The notes under the pieces: model-generated
What the model saw: the letters and a program-made list of their open reading frames with translations, nothing else
What the model was told of the DNA's origin: nothing
Databases searched by the model: none
Translations under genes and position numbers: made by a program
In this document: piece after piece, positions 15,698 to 29,544 of the stretch
How positions within the stretch are numbered: the stretch's first letter is position 1
How the letters are laid out: every line of letters begins with the position of its first letter
Assembly (NCBI RefSeq): GCF_009914755.1
Contig: NC_060925.1
DNA length: 64,000 nt
Reading direction: 5' to 3' (one strand)
From: the human T2T-CHM13v2.0 reference genome, Homo sapiens

Positions 15698-17524
15698 CTA
15701 AATTAGATAAGCAAAATCACTTTAGATTGCTCTTTTATTTTTGGCAAAGATAACACAAACTCAAAAACAATATTATTACATTTACAAAAGTTTATCATCC
15801 TCACTTATTCTCATGATGTCCTACAAAACACTTCACATAAAGCACTGAAAGTAGCATATCAAGTAAGAGTCTAAAAAGATTTTATATAATCTTGGTTAGA
15901 ATCTGAGTGTAAAAGGAAAGTACATAAATAAAGTCCAAAAAGATGTTTTCTTTGCTTAATACAATAATTTCTGCAGAGTGTGGCCAGTCCAAGTATTATG
16001 AAAACTATGATTTTTAATTACAGTTTTATCCCATTCCTTCTTTTCATATGAGGTGTCAAATCAGCTTAGTAGTAAAGAGGCATAGAAACCACATTGGTAG
16101 CCACTCAATGAATCACTGCTTGAAAATAAACTTAGGGCCATGAGAACCCAAAAAGCCAGTGGTTCTCCCTGGAATTTCCATGGACTGAAAATTTCTCTAC
16201 TATTAATCTATATTCATTTGACAAAGTCTAGGGAATGTGGCATGGGATCCTGAAGGCAGTGAGTATGGGTCAGCAGTTCCTCTCGGCCAAAGGCTGTAAC
16301 AAATGGTCAGCTGCCTTAAATTGCAGCAAATGCCAAAGTGAACAATATCAGGTCATTTACGTGTCCCCTGAGTGGTGCTGTTTTGTGGTGCTTGAGTATA
16401 GCAGGCTTTCATGTATAAATAGAGGATGGTGATCAGTTGCTCTCTATCTTAATAAAAAGCAAAATGAAGGGTTTAAGTTAAACAAAGAGAAAATTTTTAG
16501 ATGCTAAGGTTGTTAAACAGGAGAATGTGTTCCTGCACTTGCTTATGAAGTATAAATATTTTTTTCCTAAAAATGCAACATATTCTTAACTATTTATCTT
16601 GGATAAGGTATACACCTGTCCCAATTTGGGTATACATTTCTAGGTTTAAATTTCTTTAATTATACAATTGCTGTAATTTCTCAACTTAACATTAATGTGT
16701 AAACATTTATCCAAAACATGATGTTTTCTTAACTATCTGAACACCAGAATTTGAACAGTAAGGAATACAGAATTAACCATAATTGAACAGCTATCACCGA
16801 GACAAAAATGATCAGAGATTCACATAACTGTTTAAAGAAAAGGGTGCATATTCAGTATTGCAATCTATATTATTCCCATTAAACCAAATCTTTTGTCTTC
16901 ACATGAAAGTATGGCTACATTTAAAATAGGCTGTTGGTTTTTTTTCTCTTAAAAAGGACCAATAAAAAATGTAATTCAAGGAAGGTGCATCTTCAGTAAA
17001 ACACCAGTATTTTTATGCCTTCATGTAAAGAGGGGAACGAAAAAAGAACACAAGTCTCAGAAGTTTTAGATGACCACATTGAACAGAATTGTATTTTTGA
17101 AAGATGTGAGGTCCTAAAATATTTAGTTACATTCCATGATGTTTATATTTTAGTTAAGAGTCTAATTCCATTTCTGTTTATGGATATTAAGTATAATAGG
17201 AATAATTTTTCTAGTTAAATTTTCTCACAGAAAATAGTTATAAAGTTGTTTTAAACAGGAAAAATGAAAGTATTTTTGGAGGAAGCTTTCTAATTACTGA
17301 GAAAGTATATATAATGTTTTAACTAAAACTGATAAGCAGTTAAAAAGAAGCCTTCAGCACAAGTAAGTAGTCATGTTTACACACTCTATAAAATAACATC
17401 GTATTTCCCTTGCCTCAGGGTTAACCTCTGAAATAAAATAATCAATAAATCCAATGATTCTTCATTTTTGCTTCTGTTATACATATTCCTAAAAACAAGA
17501 TGCAGTTTTGTTGTTTCTCTAGGG

Positions 17525-17558
<34 letters not shown>

Positions 17559-17609
17559 TTGGATGTGCATGTGTGTGTCCGTGTGCGCATGTGTGTGTGT
17601 ATGTGTGTG
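17525..17609. repeat. (GT)14 plus imperfect GT/AT/GC extension
   Basis: Directly visible. Confidence 0.95.
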
Positions 17610-18427
17610 AGTTACAGTGTTGAGAACTATTTAGAGACAGAGAAAAGACTAAACCAATTAAATAATTAAAATACGTATTCACCTGCTTTTGCTCCTTTGT
17701 TATAATTTGGTATTAGCAGGGGCTAAATTCCAGTCCAGAAACTAAATGTGTTCTGCCCATTCAATATGCTTTGCCAGGGAAGAAAAACATTATTTTCTAT
17801 TACCATGAATTACTCTTTGTAGTTATTTTATACTATAACTCAGGATACTGCACCAATTTTTGAGACTTCTTCTGCCACCTATCTTGAAATAAATACTTGT
17901 CTTTTCCACTATTTTGTATATCCTCAAAGATAATTAATATTTTATTTCTGATATTCATTATTATGAAGGCAAAAATCTTAAGAAACACCTAATATGTTAC
18001 AAATATTAAAATTTTAGAATGTATATTTCTAAATCTAATTTATACTCAAAACCATGAAGTCATTTTATAATTTAAAATTCTAGAAAAAGATAATGGCCCA
18101 CCTATTTACAAAGAACTTTGTATTTTTATTAGTAGATGGTGTCATAGTCAGGCTTTAGTGTTAAATTCAGTGTGAACTTTCTGATTTACTTTCATTTATT
18201 TTATTCTTCTCTTTTATTCTTACAGGCAATTGAAAAGTTGCTTTAGTTAGGTAATAGTTTGTTGGTTTCATTTGATGTACGAAAGCTGCATATATTTAAA
18301 TGCAATCTGAAATAAAAAATACATCATTTTGAATCATAATAAATTTAGAAGATTTTACACAACTTAGGAAGGTTAAAATGTAAACAAAAAATAAATCTTG
18401 CTTGGGAAATAAAGCAAAGGAACATAC

Positions 18428-18481
18428 CTGTGGTCCAACCACTCCCCCTGGCCCAGGAGGGCCGGTCTTGCCTTGAAATCC
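18428..18481 (-). CDS. COL11A1: COL11A1 exon ~38, 54 nt, GFQGKTGPPGPGGVVGPQ
   Basis: ctccttAG|GGA...CAG|GTatgt. Confidence 0.96.
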
Positions 18482-19999
18482 CTAAGGAGGCAAAGTATTA
18501 TTTGTAAAAGCTACATACAACACAAAGCATAAATCAAAATTCTATGAGATAGCTGAATAAGTCACATTAAAAGAAAGTCACCTATTGACTAAAAATATTT
18601 ATTTTCAAATGCTTAAATATGTTTAATATGTTAAACTTATTTCAGTTTTCATTAAAATTCAAAACTTGCCATTTCAATATTTCACATGGTAGGGCAATAA
18701 TTACCTTTAATAAATGAAGCTAGAGTAAAAATGTGTTCTTAGCCCCATTCCACTAGGTCAAACAACATACAGAATTTTAACCCAGTAATGTTTATGGATG
18801 AAGTAAATGATGATTTAGACATTCTTTGAAACAGTTTACTGATTGTTTATACAAAGGTAAATTCACAGCCTGTGATATTAATACATTTCTCTCTATTGTA
18901 TTCCAAAAATCTCATAAAACAAGATATAAAAATAGATCTACTAAAATAATGCTTTGCATAGTTAGTAATTATTTTAGCGTTTATCAATATTCTTTCTTGT
19001 AAGAAACTCAAGAGATATAGTCATAAATGCATTTTGAAAATAATTCAGTCATTAAAATATCATCTGGTTGATTTGAGCAGAATATACTCACTAAATAAAA
19101 CTTCTGGGCATATATTCTGGTATTTATTTTTCTCTAGGCTGTGGGTTATTCATTCCACATAATTGTGTGAATATAGGTAAATTTCTTACCCATGAGAGTT
19201 AAGTTACTTTTAACAGCTGGAGAAGTAGATAGAAAATATTGGGAGAAGTTTCGAAAGAACTGAATATTTTATTCCCTACAACATCTGGTCAGACTGAAAA
19301 TAATAAGATTAGAAAAAAAATGGGTAGGAACTAGCAGTCTCACGTTAGTATCACAATGTTCCCAATAACTATGAATGAATTATTTACAATAATAAAATTG
19401 TATAAGTAGGTAAAGAGTCTGTAATTATTGCAATTGATGCTACAGGGAAAGAAAATAGAGTTCTATTTTAAAAATCTATTAATTCAGACTTTCAGGGTTC
19501 TATTTGAGCTATCATTATGAATAGCAAAAGCAATCATTTCTGGGGGGAAATGTCATAAAATTTATTTAGCATTTTATAAGCATATTAGTCGCTTAATTTT
19601 TTCATCAACCAGTTGGTTTGGAAATCTGTTGTCAGATTTACATACACACATACACAGATACCTAAACACATATATACATGTGTGCATATGTGTATGTGTG
19701 TCCCTGGATTATCTCAACAACCTCCATCACCACAATTGCCATCTCTATGCTGATGAACTCCTCCATTCCCAACTATTTATAAACCTCTAATCAGTATGAG
19801 CCCTAAAACTCGCTCAGTAAGTGCCTACTAGAAATTTCCAGTTGTATATCATGCTCTCTCTTCAACATTCCTAACATGGAACTTGCTGAATGTATCTTCT
19901 CCTTTGATTTTCCTTCTATGTTCTTCCCCTTTTTAATGGCGTGTCTTCAGATTCCAGACTTTTCTTCAGTGCCCATGCTTAATCAGTTATTTTATCTGA

Positions 20000-20480
<481 letters not shown>

Positions 20481-21313
20481 AATAAATTCATTTTTAAACA
20501 TATAGATGACAAAGTTCTAGCCAATAGGGGCCCAGTATGCAAATTCAGTTACTTCCTTTGCTTTGATAATGTATCCTAAATTCTAGCCATGCTGATCTTC
20601 CTACCTTTTTCTGAATAGCCACACACCATATATTTGTATGACCTGTTTCCTCTGTCTGGGTTATTCTTCCTCCAATTTTTAATCATTAAATTCAACAGGA
20701 AGATATAAAGGCAATTCCAAACTTTTTAAAAAAGTCTTATAAAGCATTTTGTCTTACTAACTGTGAGAGCAAGAATCACACACAAAATATTGCAATAATA
20801 ATTAAATGTAATAGATTAAAAATCAATACTTAATTGCAGAAAGTCTCGACAAAATTACAACATAGACTTGCACTCATACATCCTAAGGGGAGAGAGGAAG
20901 TCTTGGCTGCTAGCCCATTTGTGTGAGTGATGGATTTGGGAAAGCTGGAAGACAGCATTGCCCATATGTCTGCTCATTCAATCCATTCAGAGTGTTTGCA
21001 AGTATCTAATACATTTGATCTTGGGGATCTTACAAACAAACTACACAGGAAAACTTTTACAGTTCACAACAAGTTGTGCTTGTTCAATATTGTCATGTAA
21101 TAAGACTACACTTGCCACTTAATTTCAGAGTAGCTAGTCAAATTATGTTTTTCAAAGTTGCTGAAAATGGAAATTAATTGGACATATTCATGGGTAGTTT
21201 GAAAAATATGCTGTTACAATCCAACAGAAATGTGATTCCTATTCTGATAATCTTTAAAAGACTAAGCCAATTTTAGGACCAATACAGCATTTGGCACTAT
21301 GTTTCTGAGACAA

Positions 21314-21412
21314 ATTTGGGTCATTTCAATATAATAGAAACCATTTCTGAAGCTGTTTAAGGCCACCAGGAAAAATTGGGAATAGTTTCTATTATACTGA
21401 AACAACCCAAAT
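21314..21412. repeat. Inverted repeat with 34-nt arms and 31-nt spacer
   Basis: 21314-21347 matches the reverse complement of 21379-21412 at 29 of 34 positions. Confidence 0.9.
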
Positions 21413-23159
21413 GAATGTAAGATGTCAGAACAAACATTTAATTAATGGATTTCTGGCTGGAGACAAATCTCAAATATAATTCAAAAATTTATCCATTTAA
21501 ATAAGATAATAAATATATGGCAAAGAATGCCCACTCTAGATTGTGACTCCTGTACAAGGTGATCCTTTGAATCTGGGTCAGCAGAGAACAAAGTGAGAAA
21601 GAAAGCTTTGAGGCTATAGGACGATTCACTATTCCCTTAAAGTGGATGTGAAATCGGGAATATAATTTTTTCAGAAATAATCCTGGCTTTTATCTGTGAA
21701 AAGCTACAAAACAGAAACATTCATTCAAGAAACATTATGCTGTTTTTCTTCTATGTTTAAATCTCAATGTTATATGTGATATAATTATTTTTGTTAGAAG
21801 TGGAAGCTCCAGATTAAATCATAGACATAAAGGACTTTATAACAGTAATTCTCTAGGTATCCTTTCCCCACAAGACATTTTGGAATATTCTATAGTTATT
21901 CCCAGAAAGTTATACAATGACTTCATTAAAAATGATTTGGCTGAAAGATTTGAATGATAATGCATTTGCAAATTGAGTGTTGACTCTCCTTTAGAAAGTT
22001 TATTTCTGCTCCTCATACAGATATCTTTCCCAAGAGGATATCCAAACAGTTTTTTCTTTTGTCTCACTAAATCATATTTCAATTTTGCTTTTGAAATCCA
22101 AGACTCCAAAGTTTCTCATCTGGCTAAAACTAAGAAATGGTGAAACTAAGAATTGCCACATGGTAAGCAAGGCAAAATTGGGTGGCTGCTGACAAATTGT
22201 TTCCTCCATAGCAGAAAAATCATATTTTTTTCAGATTTCAGATTTATTATAGTACATTGCTATGCAACTCCAATATGTATTCAGGGTGCCCCCTACCCTA
22301 ACATGATTTTCAACCACATAGTCAAAGGTAGTCTGCATTTGTGGTTTCCTTGAGAAGTCTGGATAAAAGTAATCATTGGTGAGAAACAAGAATTGATTCC
22401 ATGGAAATATGCCAATCCATGATGATTTCTGATTAGAATGACAATCCACTGGGATAGCCAGATGTCTGATTTTGAAAGGGGCAAAATAAATAAACTCACC
22501 AGGATTCTTAAACCATCACTGAGCTGCCAGTTTCCTCTCTGCCCAAATTGTTATACACATGGTAAGTTGTTCAGTCAATTTGTTTACTGTTATATTCTTT
22601 ATAGGTTTTAAGTAAAATTTAGTGACCGTTTTTGATTTACTTTTTCCTATTTCACATGGAAAGATGCTTTTGACATAGTTCCCAACCAGTTATAGCCGAT
22701 GGGTCCAATATCAGCAAGTATTTAATCCCTTAGTTCTAGATAAAAGAATGTGGTATTATGATCATGGCTATTCGTAATCTGTTGCCTTTAGAGTGGAGAG
22801 ATGATGGGTTTGAGTGGAATGTATCTATAAACAGTCTTCAGTGAAAAGAGTGAGAGGGAAAATCTTGAGGAGATGTCCAAAAAATAATGGTGTCTTCTCC
22901 ATCAGCTCATCCTTAAAATGCTGCTATTGACAATAAAAACAATCATATCAACTAACATCCTATTTCCTGAAGTATATTTCTTGTATCTATTTTTGTATTT
23001 ATATATATATATATATTTCAATAAAAGGCTTAATGGAATTAATTTTTCCATTTTTCTCAACCTAGTAATTGAAATGTTCATAATAAAGTAGCTTTCTATG
23101 TATGAACTGATGAGGTGCTAGAGATGGAAATTTTTAATAAGAGTAACAAGGTCACTTAC

Positions 23160-23213
23160 AGTCTCCCCACGTTGCCCAGGGTGTCCTGGCAGCCCATCCT
23201 TCCCAGGTGGTCC
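23160..23213 (-). CDS. COL11A1: COL11A1 exon ~37, 54 nt, GPPGKDGLPGHPGQRGET
   Basis: aatttcAG|GGA...ACT|GTaagt. Confidence 0.96.
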
Positions 23214-23622
23214 CTGAAATTACAAATATTAAATACCACATGTCATAAATATTTAATTATTTTATAGTCTAAATGTGACATGTTAGAAAATTTTCTTTTC
23301 TTTTTATATTTCCATTAGCTATTTTACTTTGCTCTTCTGTTGATTTTATATATGATAATATGCACATATATCTCTTCAATATAATTCTGTAGCTATAGCT
23401 GAAACCAAAATAAAATAGTTGAACTCTTTTCTGAATATTTTACATTTAAATATATTTCATTTGCATCAATCATTTGTAAAATAATATTTGCAAAGGTTTG
23501 TATTTTCGTTTTTGTGAAAAATATTGCTTCTTTAGCACTTCACAAATGAGTATTTCCCCCTTTTTGGTGATTTGTTCCTAATTCAATTCCCGGTGCATCA
23601 AAACTTGGATAACAGAGAGAAA

Positions 23623-23640
23623 TAGTGCCCTCTAGTGGTA
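23623..23640 (-). promoter_or_regulatory. Consensus CTCF motif
   Basis: Minus strand TACCACTAGAGGGCACTA fits CCASYAGRKGGCRS; motif only, binding not shown. Confidence 0.65.
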
Positions 23641-23674
23641 ATCCGAGCTTCTAACTGACAAGAAGGCAAAAGAA

Positions 23675-24022
<348 letters not shown>

Positions 24023-26897
24023 TTATCTCTCAAATTTTTTCAAGTAAAGGAAACAATACGTTATACTCAATTCTAGAAGTCATCAGGACAAATTTTTCCC
24101 AGTAGATTTTCTTAAATGTCCTCTTGGAAGCATAATGTTTGTGAAGTACCACAGAGCAAATCTGCTGCTATCACTTTGTATAAAGGATGCTGTCTTTGTC
24201 ATGGCTTAAGAAATAAATGAAGCAATTAACTACAAACAAAGTGAACAACTCTGTGAGGGTCCTATATTTTAAATACTTAGTAGAAAGAAACTGCTTCTTT
24301 AGACTGCCTTATGGATTATTCATTCTACTCAGTAACCATTACGTATCAAGTTCAAATTTCAAAACATGGTCAACGGGTAGAGATAAAAATACTATCACCC
24401 TTCTAGATGAATGAAGAGAAATGATTCTTTTAATAATAATATTTTAAATTATAACAGGTACACCTCTCATTGTATGTTAATTATTTAAATAAAATTGTTT
24501 TTGAACATCTATTTTTAATATATGTTCTTATAGAGTGAGTATGAAAAACAGGCTTTGTTCCAAAATGTTATTTTCTCAAATAGCTTTCTTCCAACTGAGG
24601 GAGACTTTTTCCAGGTTGGCTAGTTACTTCAGGAGAAAGGTTCTTGGTGGTGCCAGAACCATCTTTGCTCCCTTAAGTCATCTGTATTGACATCCTGGGT
24701 GCCCTGTAAATTAACAACTCTAATTAAAATCCGTTATGCTACTTCACAACATCATGGCTTGCTCAGTGACTTCTTCAGGTTTTCCAGGGCTACTACTGCC
24801 ATCCTCTTCTTCAAAAAACAAAACTGGAGTGTTTTTAACCAAGGACCCAAAACATTCTTGGATGTCATTTAACCATGGCTTCTTTAAAAAACATATATTA
24901 CATACCCACGTATCATTTACTAGGTGTATACTAATGCTAAGACTTAGTTTTGCCCTCAGTTTGGAGGTGACATACAGAAATAAGTATTTAGTTGATTGGT
25001 AGTAGACTTCATTGAGGTCCAGTTTTACAAAATAGCAAATAAAACAATTTCTGTGCCTTATCACTGGTTTGATATATTTGGCAATAAACTTGCTTTCAAT
25101 TCTGGGCAATAATAAAAGTTTTATAGAGAGGATGACAGCTGAAGGATATCAATTATGTCTGGCTTTTTTTTCCACCATACTAAAGTGCTTCTTAAATGAT
25201 GTACTTTGCCACTAATACAAGACTTACTTTTTTTTAACAAAGCTGTAAATATAAGATTAAATATCTCATATTTGCTGACATAGATAACACATTCATTGCA
25301 AAATATTATAATACTTTAAAATAGCGATCTTAGGTCTAAGCGATCACATCCTGGGAAGAATGCAACATAATATTTAATGGCTTTCCTAGATAGACTGAGG
25401 GAGTAGTGTTAATATACTGCATTAAGAATTGGTGTCATTATCATTTTTCTTGATTTAAGTATGTACTTCTAATATCAAGCAATTAGCCCTAAATAAATAT
25501 AAAGGCCACAAACTATTAACCAATGAAATAAGCAGACTAATTACCAAATAATTTCACGGTATCTATGTAAAAGTAATAATTTTTTCATCAAAATAGGCTT
25601 CCCAGGCTTCCTCTTTGATCTAGCTGGTACAGGACAGAGAGAACAAATTCATCTAAATGAGGGTATGCAGATTTGGCGAGAAAATCTGTGAAAACTTGTA
25701 GGTAATTGTTTAAGGATGTTTTCTCACTTCTCATTGGCACTGAGTTTTGACTTTTTCTATTCTAAATAGAATGTTTCTCATACTAGTCATGCTATAATTC
25801 TTAATCATTTCAAGTTAATGTGTTTTTTAAATGGATGGCTGCATATTCCCAAAATATGCCGATATGGGCATGATATTAACAGAATCTGAAGGGAATATTT
25901 AGATCCATATATATATATGTCTGTGTGAATATACATCATATATATATAAAATTTTTTCCTGCTATGATGAAGGAGATGAACCAATTAATTTACAGGAAGA
26001 GGTTTTTTCTATCTCTCTACCCCAACTTCTTCTTTCTATATCAAACAGATGAAGCCAATTCTGTCCCAAACTGCATAAAACTGCATACTAGAGAAATGGG
26101 GTATTTTTATTTCATGCTCTAATGTTTCACTTGTTAGAGAAACATAGTATAAAAATCACTTTGTTTATCAGTGAAAGAAATACCCCTTCTTGTCTCTCCT
26201 ACTAGAATGCATGCTTCTCAAGTGTAGGCATTTATTATGCTTCTGATACCTCTTACAGACAAAATGCATGCACGATCAATGGCTCAAAACATGTTGAAAG
26301 ACACATAACACAATGGGCTGAAAAAGTCTGATAAAAAAATGAGTCAAATGGGTTTCTTTGACAATGAAACAATATTACATGAGCCAAGCAGTTCTCAACA
26401 ATACATACAAACATAAATGGTACAATACTGAGGTTATATACGTCACTAAACTTTATGTTCCTAAACAATAATCTAATATACAGCTTAAAATAATTATAAG
26501 AATGTTTATAAAAATATACATACAGTGACTTTTGAAACTGTTTTCATTTCTCTGTGAAACTTTGCAGAGTCTTCATGTTACATTTGGAGCAAAACTGACA
26601 TAGTAGGTAAGCATTATATGCAGGTAGTACCAAGGTTACTTTATATTTAACACTAGCCATATGTATCGATCTTTCTATAACCTTGTAATACAGATAACAA
26701 TACTTTCCTAATATCTTTGCAGTAATAATGCAAAACTCTTCAGTGGTAAATAATAATTTAAGCAGGGTCTAAAAATTATTGTAAAAAGTTAAGGATTGTC
26801 TTAATATTTGATGTTTAATTATTTCAAAATAAATAATTCACCAATATGACTTGTGTGCACATTAAAGTATGGGTAGTATTGTTCATCTGGACTAGCA

Positions 26898-27067
26898 CAG
26901 AGGTTCACACACTTTAACATGCATCAGAACTGTCTAGAGGGTGTTTTAAAATATAGACTTGGCCCCTGCCCCTCTCCAGAATTGTGATTTGGTCAGTGGA
27001 ACATTTCTAACAATATCCCAAGAGCTGTGGATGCTGCTGGGCCAGGGACTACATTTGAGAACCACTG
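26898..27067. mobile_element. MER5A-like hAT-Charlie MITE
   Basis: cagaggttcaca...catcagaa...gatgctgctgggccagggactacatttgagaaccactg; CTAG-containing flanks typical of hAT targets. Confidence 0.8.
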
Positions 27068-27778
27068 TCCTAGACAGGTGGGTAAGCTGACTCCCACTCT
27101 CTTAAAGAAACTGAGGAGGTTGCAAAACAAACAAACAAACAAAAACAAAAAAGACCCCAGTATGTTCTATGTCCCCACAAATATTTAAATATGAAAACAA
27201 AGTATTTCAATTAACTTTATGAAGATGCTTGATGAACATTCAAGTGTTGCTCTAAACACATTTCATAAAAGGGTTAAGATTTAATGAGAATTCTCATTAC
27301 ATTTTCTAAAAAGAAGGGATTATAGAGACAGATATAATATTAATATAAATAGATTTTAGCATGACTTAAGTAATATCACAATGTTGGAGGGATTTAGGAA
27401 GTGATATTTGAAGAAGGTTATTTTGATGATGGAAGATAAAGATAAATTCGAATATACCAAATATTTAAGAGTTGATAACAATTTGTAATGTCATCAATTA
27501 TATTCATTGCAGTAAAGGAGCAGCTGAGAGAATGATATTCATGTTTTTCTAGTCTTCGGTATACTGTCAAAAAATACTTAATAAGAGATGTTGAAATTAT
27601 ATTCAGAAACGATCTATGAACCTTATAAATTAAAAATGTCTACTTTCTTTGACATCAATTGTAATTTTACAGAGATTTTATCAATATTATATCTAACAAA
27701 TATATAAATGTAAGCTGTGACTCTCAAAAATGTAAAAATATCAAATGAAGAAAGAGAAAGAGAAGCTCTGACACTTAC

Positions 27779-27832
27779 AGGAGGGCCTTTTGGTCCAGGG
27801 AATCCAACTGGACCCTGAGGTCCTTGAGGACC
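27779..27832 (-). CDS. COL11A1: COL11A1 exon ~36, 54 nt, GPQGPQGPVGFPGPKGPP
   Basis: atttccAG|GGT...CCT|GTaagt. Confidence 0.96.
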
Positions 27833-29190
27833 CTGGAAATAAAAAGCAGTGGGGAGAAGTTAACAATATGCCTTAGAAGATGCATCTTTATACTTTGAGG
27901 TTTATTTACATAGACAAAATACAATGTATCATACAGCTTCTTCATCACAGTGACAGAACTATGGTAATACAACACGATAGTAAGTGCTAATCTAAAAGTA
28001 AAATGGATACATTTTCACACTATTTCTACTCAAAACTACACATCACATCAATGTTACCTCAGGAACACTGTAAATATTTAGAATTCATATCAATTAAAAG
28101 TGAATAGAACATGTAAGTATTGAGAAGTTCTGCAGTGTCTTTACTTTTAACATTGGCTAGAAACATTCATACAAGGAAGATATTTTGATTCAATTCAATT
28201 CCACAGCCCCGCTTAAAAAAAAAAAAAAAAAAACTGTTTTAAAACTTATTCTATCTTCTATCCCTGTTCTGTATCTAGCCGTATATTCCAAAACTAAAAG
28301 AGAAAGTATGTGACTATCTCAAAAAGACCACAGAAGATGCCTTTATTCTCCATATCTAAAATATATTTATTTTGGATGATGTCAATATATTTTTTACTCA
28401 TGTATAAATTTCTTTTGTAGATAAGGTAAAAATAACTTTATTGTGTAGTTATTAACGTTCAGTCCAAATAAAAATTATAATATCATTCTTGGCTTGATTT
28501 TTAATTAACTATATTATTCATCTCTCAAATTTACCTATTTTTAAAAAGTGCATAAAGTCCCATTACAGTGACTCCATTGTTGGCAGAAAAAGTAATTGGT
28601 AAGAGATAATCCTCTATATGCCCAGAACGTAATAGTTACATTTATTTAAGAAGATTTATGAAAGATAACGTAAGTAAAATGTCTTAAGTAATACATTTAG
28701 GGTAGGATTTATGTATTTTTCTAATCAAAAATAGAGTTTACTGAAGTTGGCCTTCAATAGAATTTACTCTTTCTATTTATCAATCTAGCCTTCCCAAGAA
28801 AAATCTCATTACCATTCATAAGCCAATGTTAGTTCAGAAATCATCACAAGTTTTTATTATTACCAGCATCTTATATTTAAAAAGTAACTTCAAAGTTATA
28901 TATAAAGTTAACAAAAATAGATTTCACATGAAACTACCAAAACTACTGGGCAAATCTTAGGAACTTACAAAATTTTAAACTCTTATTAAACTATGACACT
29001 ATGATTCCTAAATAAAAATCCATTTTAAGTACAAATTTTTAAAAATAGTATTCTTTTGGTTATGTAGCAAACTATTTTCCTGATTTATTAAAATGTCATG
29101 TTTTTGCTTCCTAAAATTTTGCTGCCTTTCAAATGCAATTTGAATTTAAAATCTTTTAAGAAAGAAACATTCCAAAAATCATTACTTTAA

Positions 29191-29544
<354 letters not shown>

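Noticed and set aside
19645-19700. Quasi-palindrome of CA/TG-rich sequence (12-bp stem)
   Set aside because: Low-complexity dinucleotide repeats produce such symmetry trivially.
24744-25109. 121-aa minus-strand ORF ending EEEDGSSSPGKPEEVTEQ with purine-rich, exon-like sequence
   Set aside because: It is not Gly-X-Y, I found no convincing donor, and exons 36 and 37 already join seamlessly.
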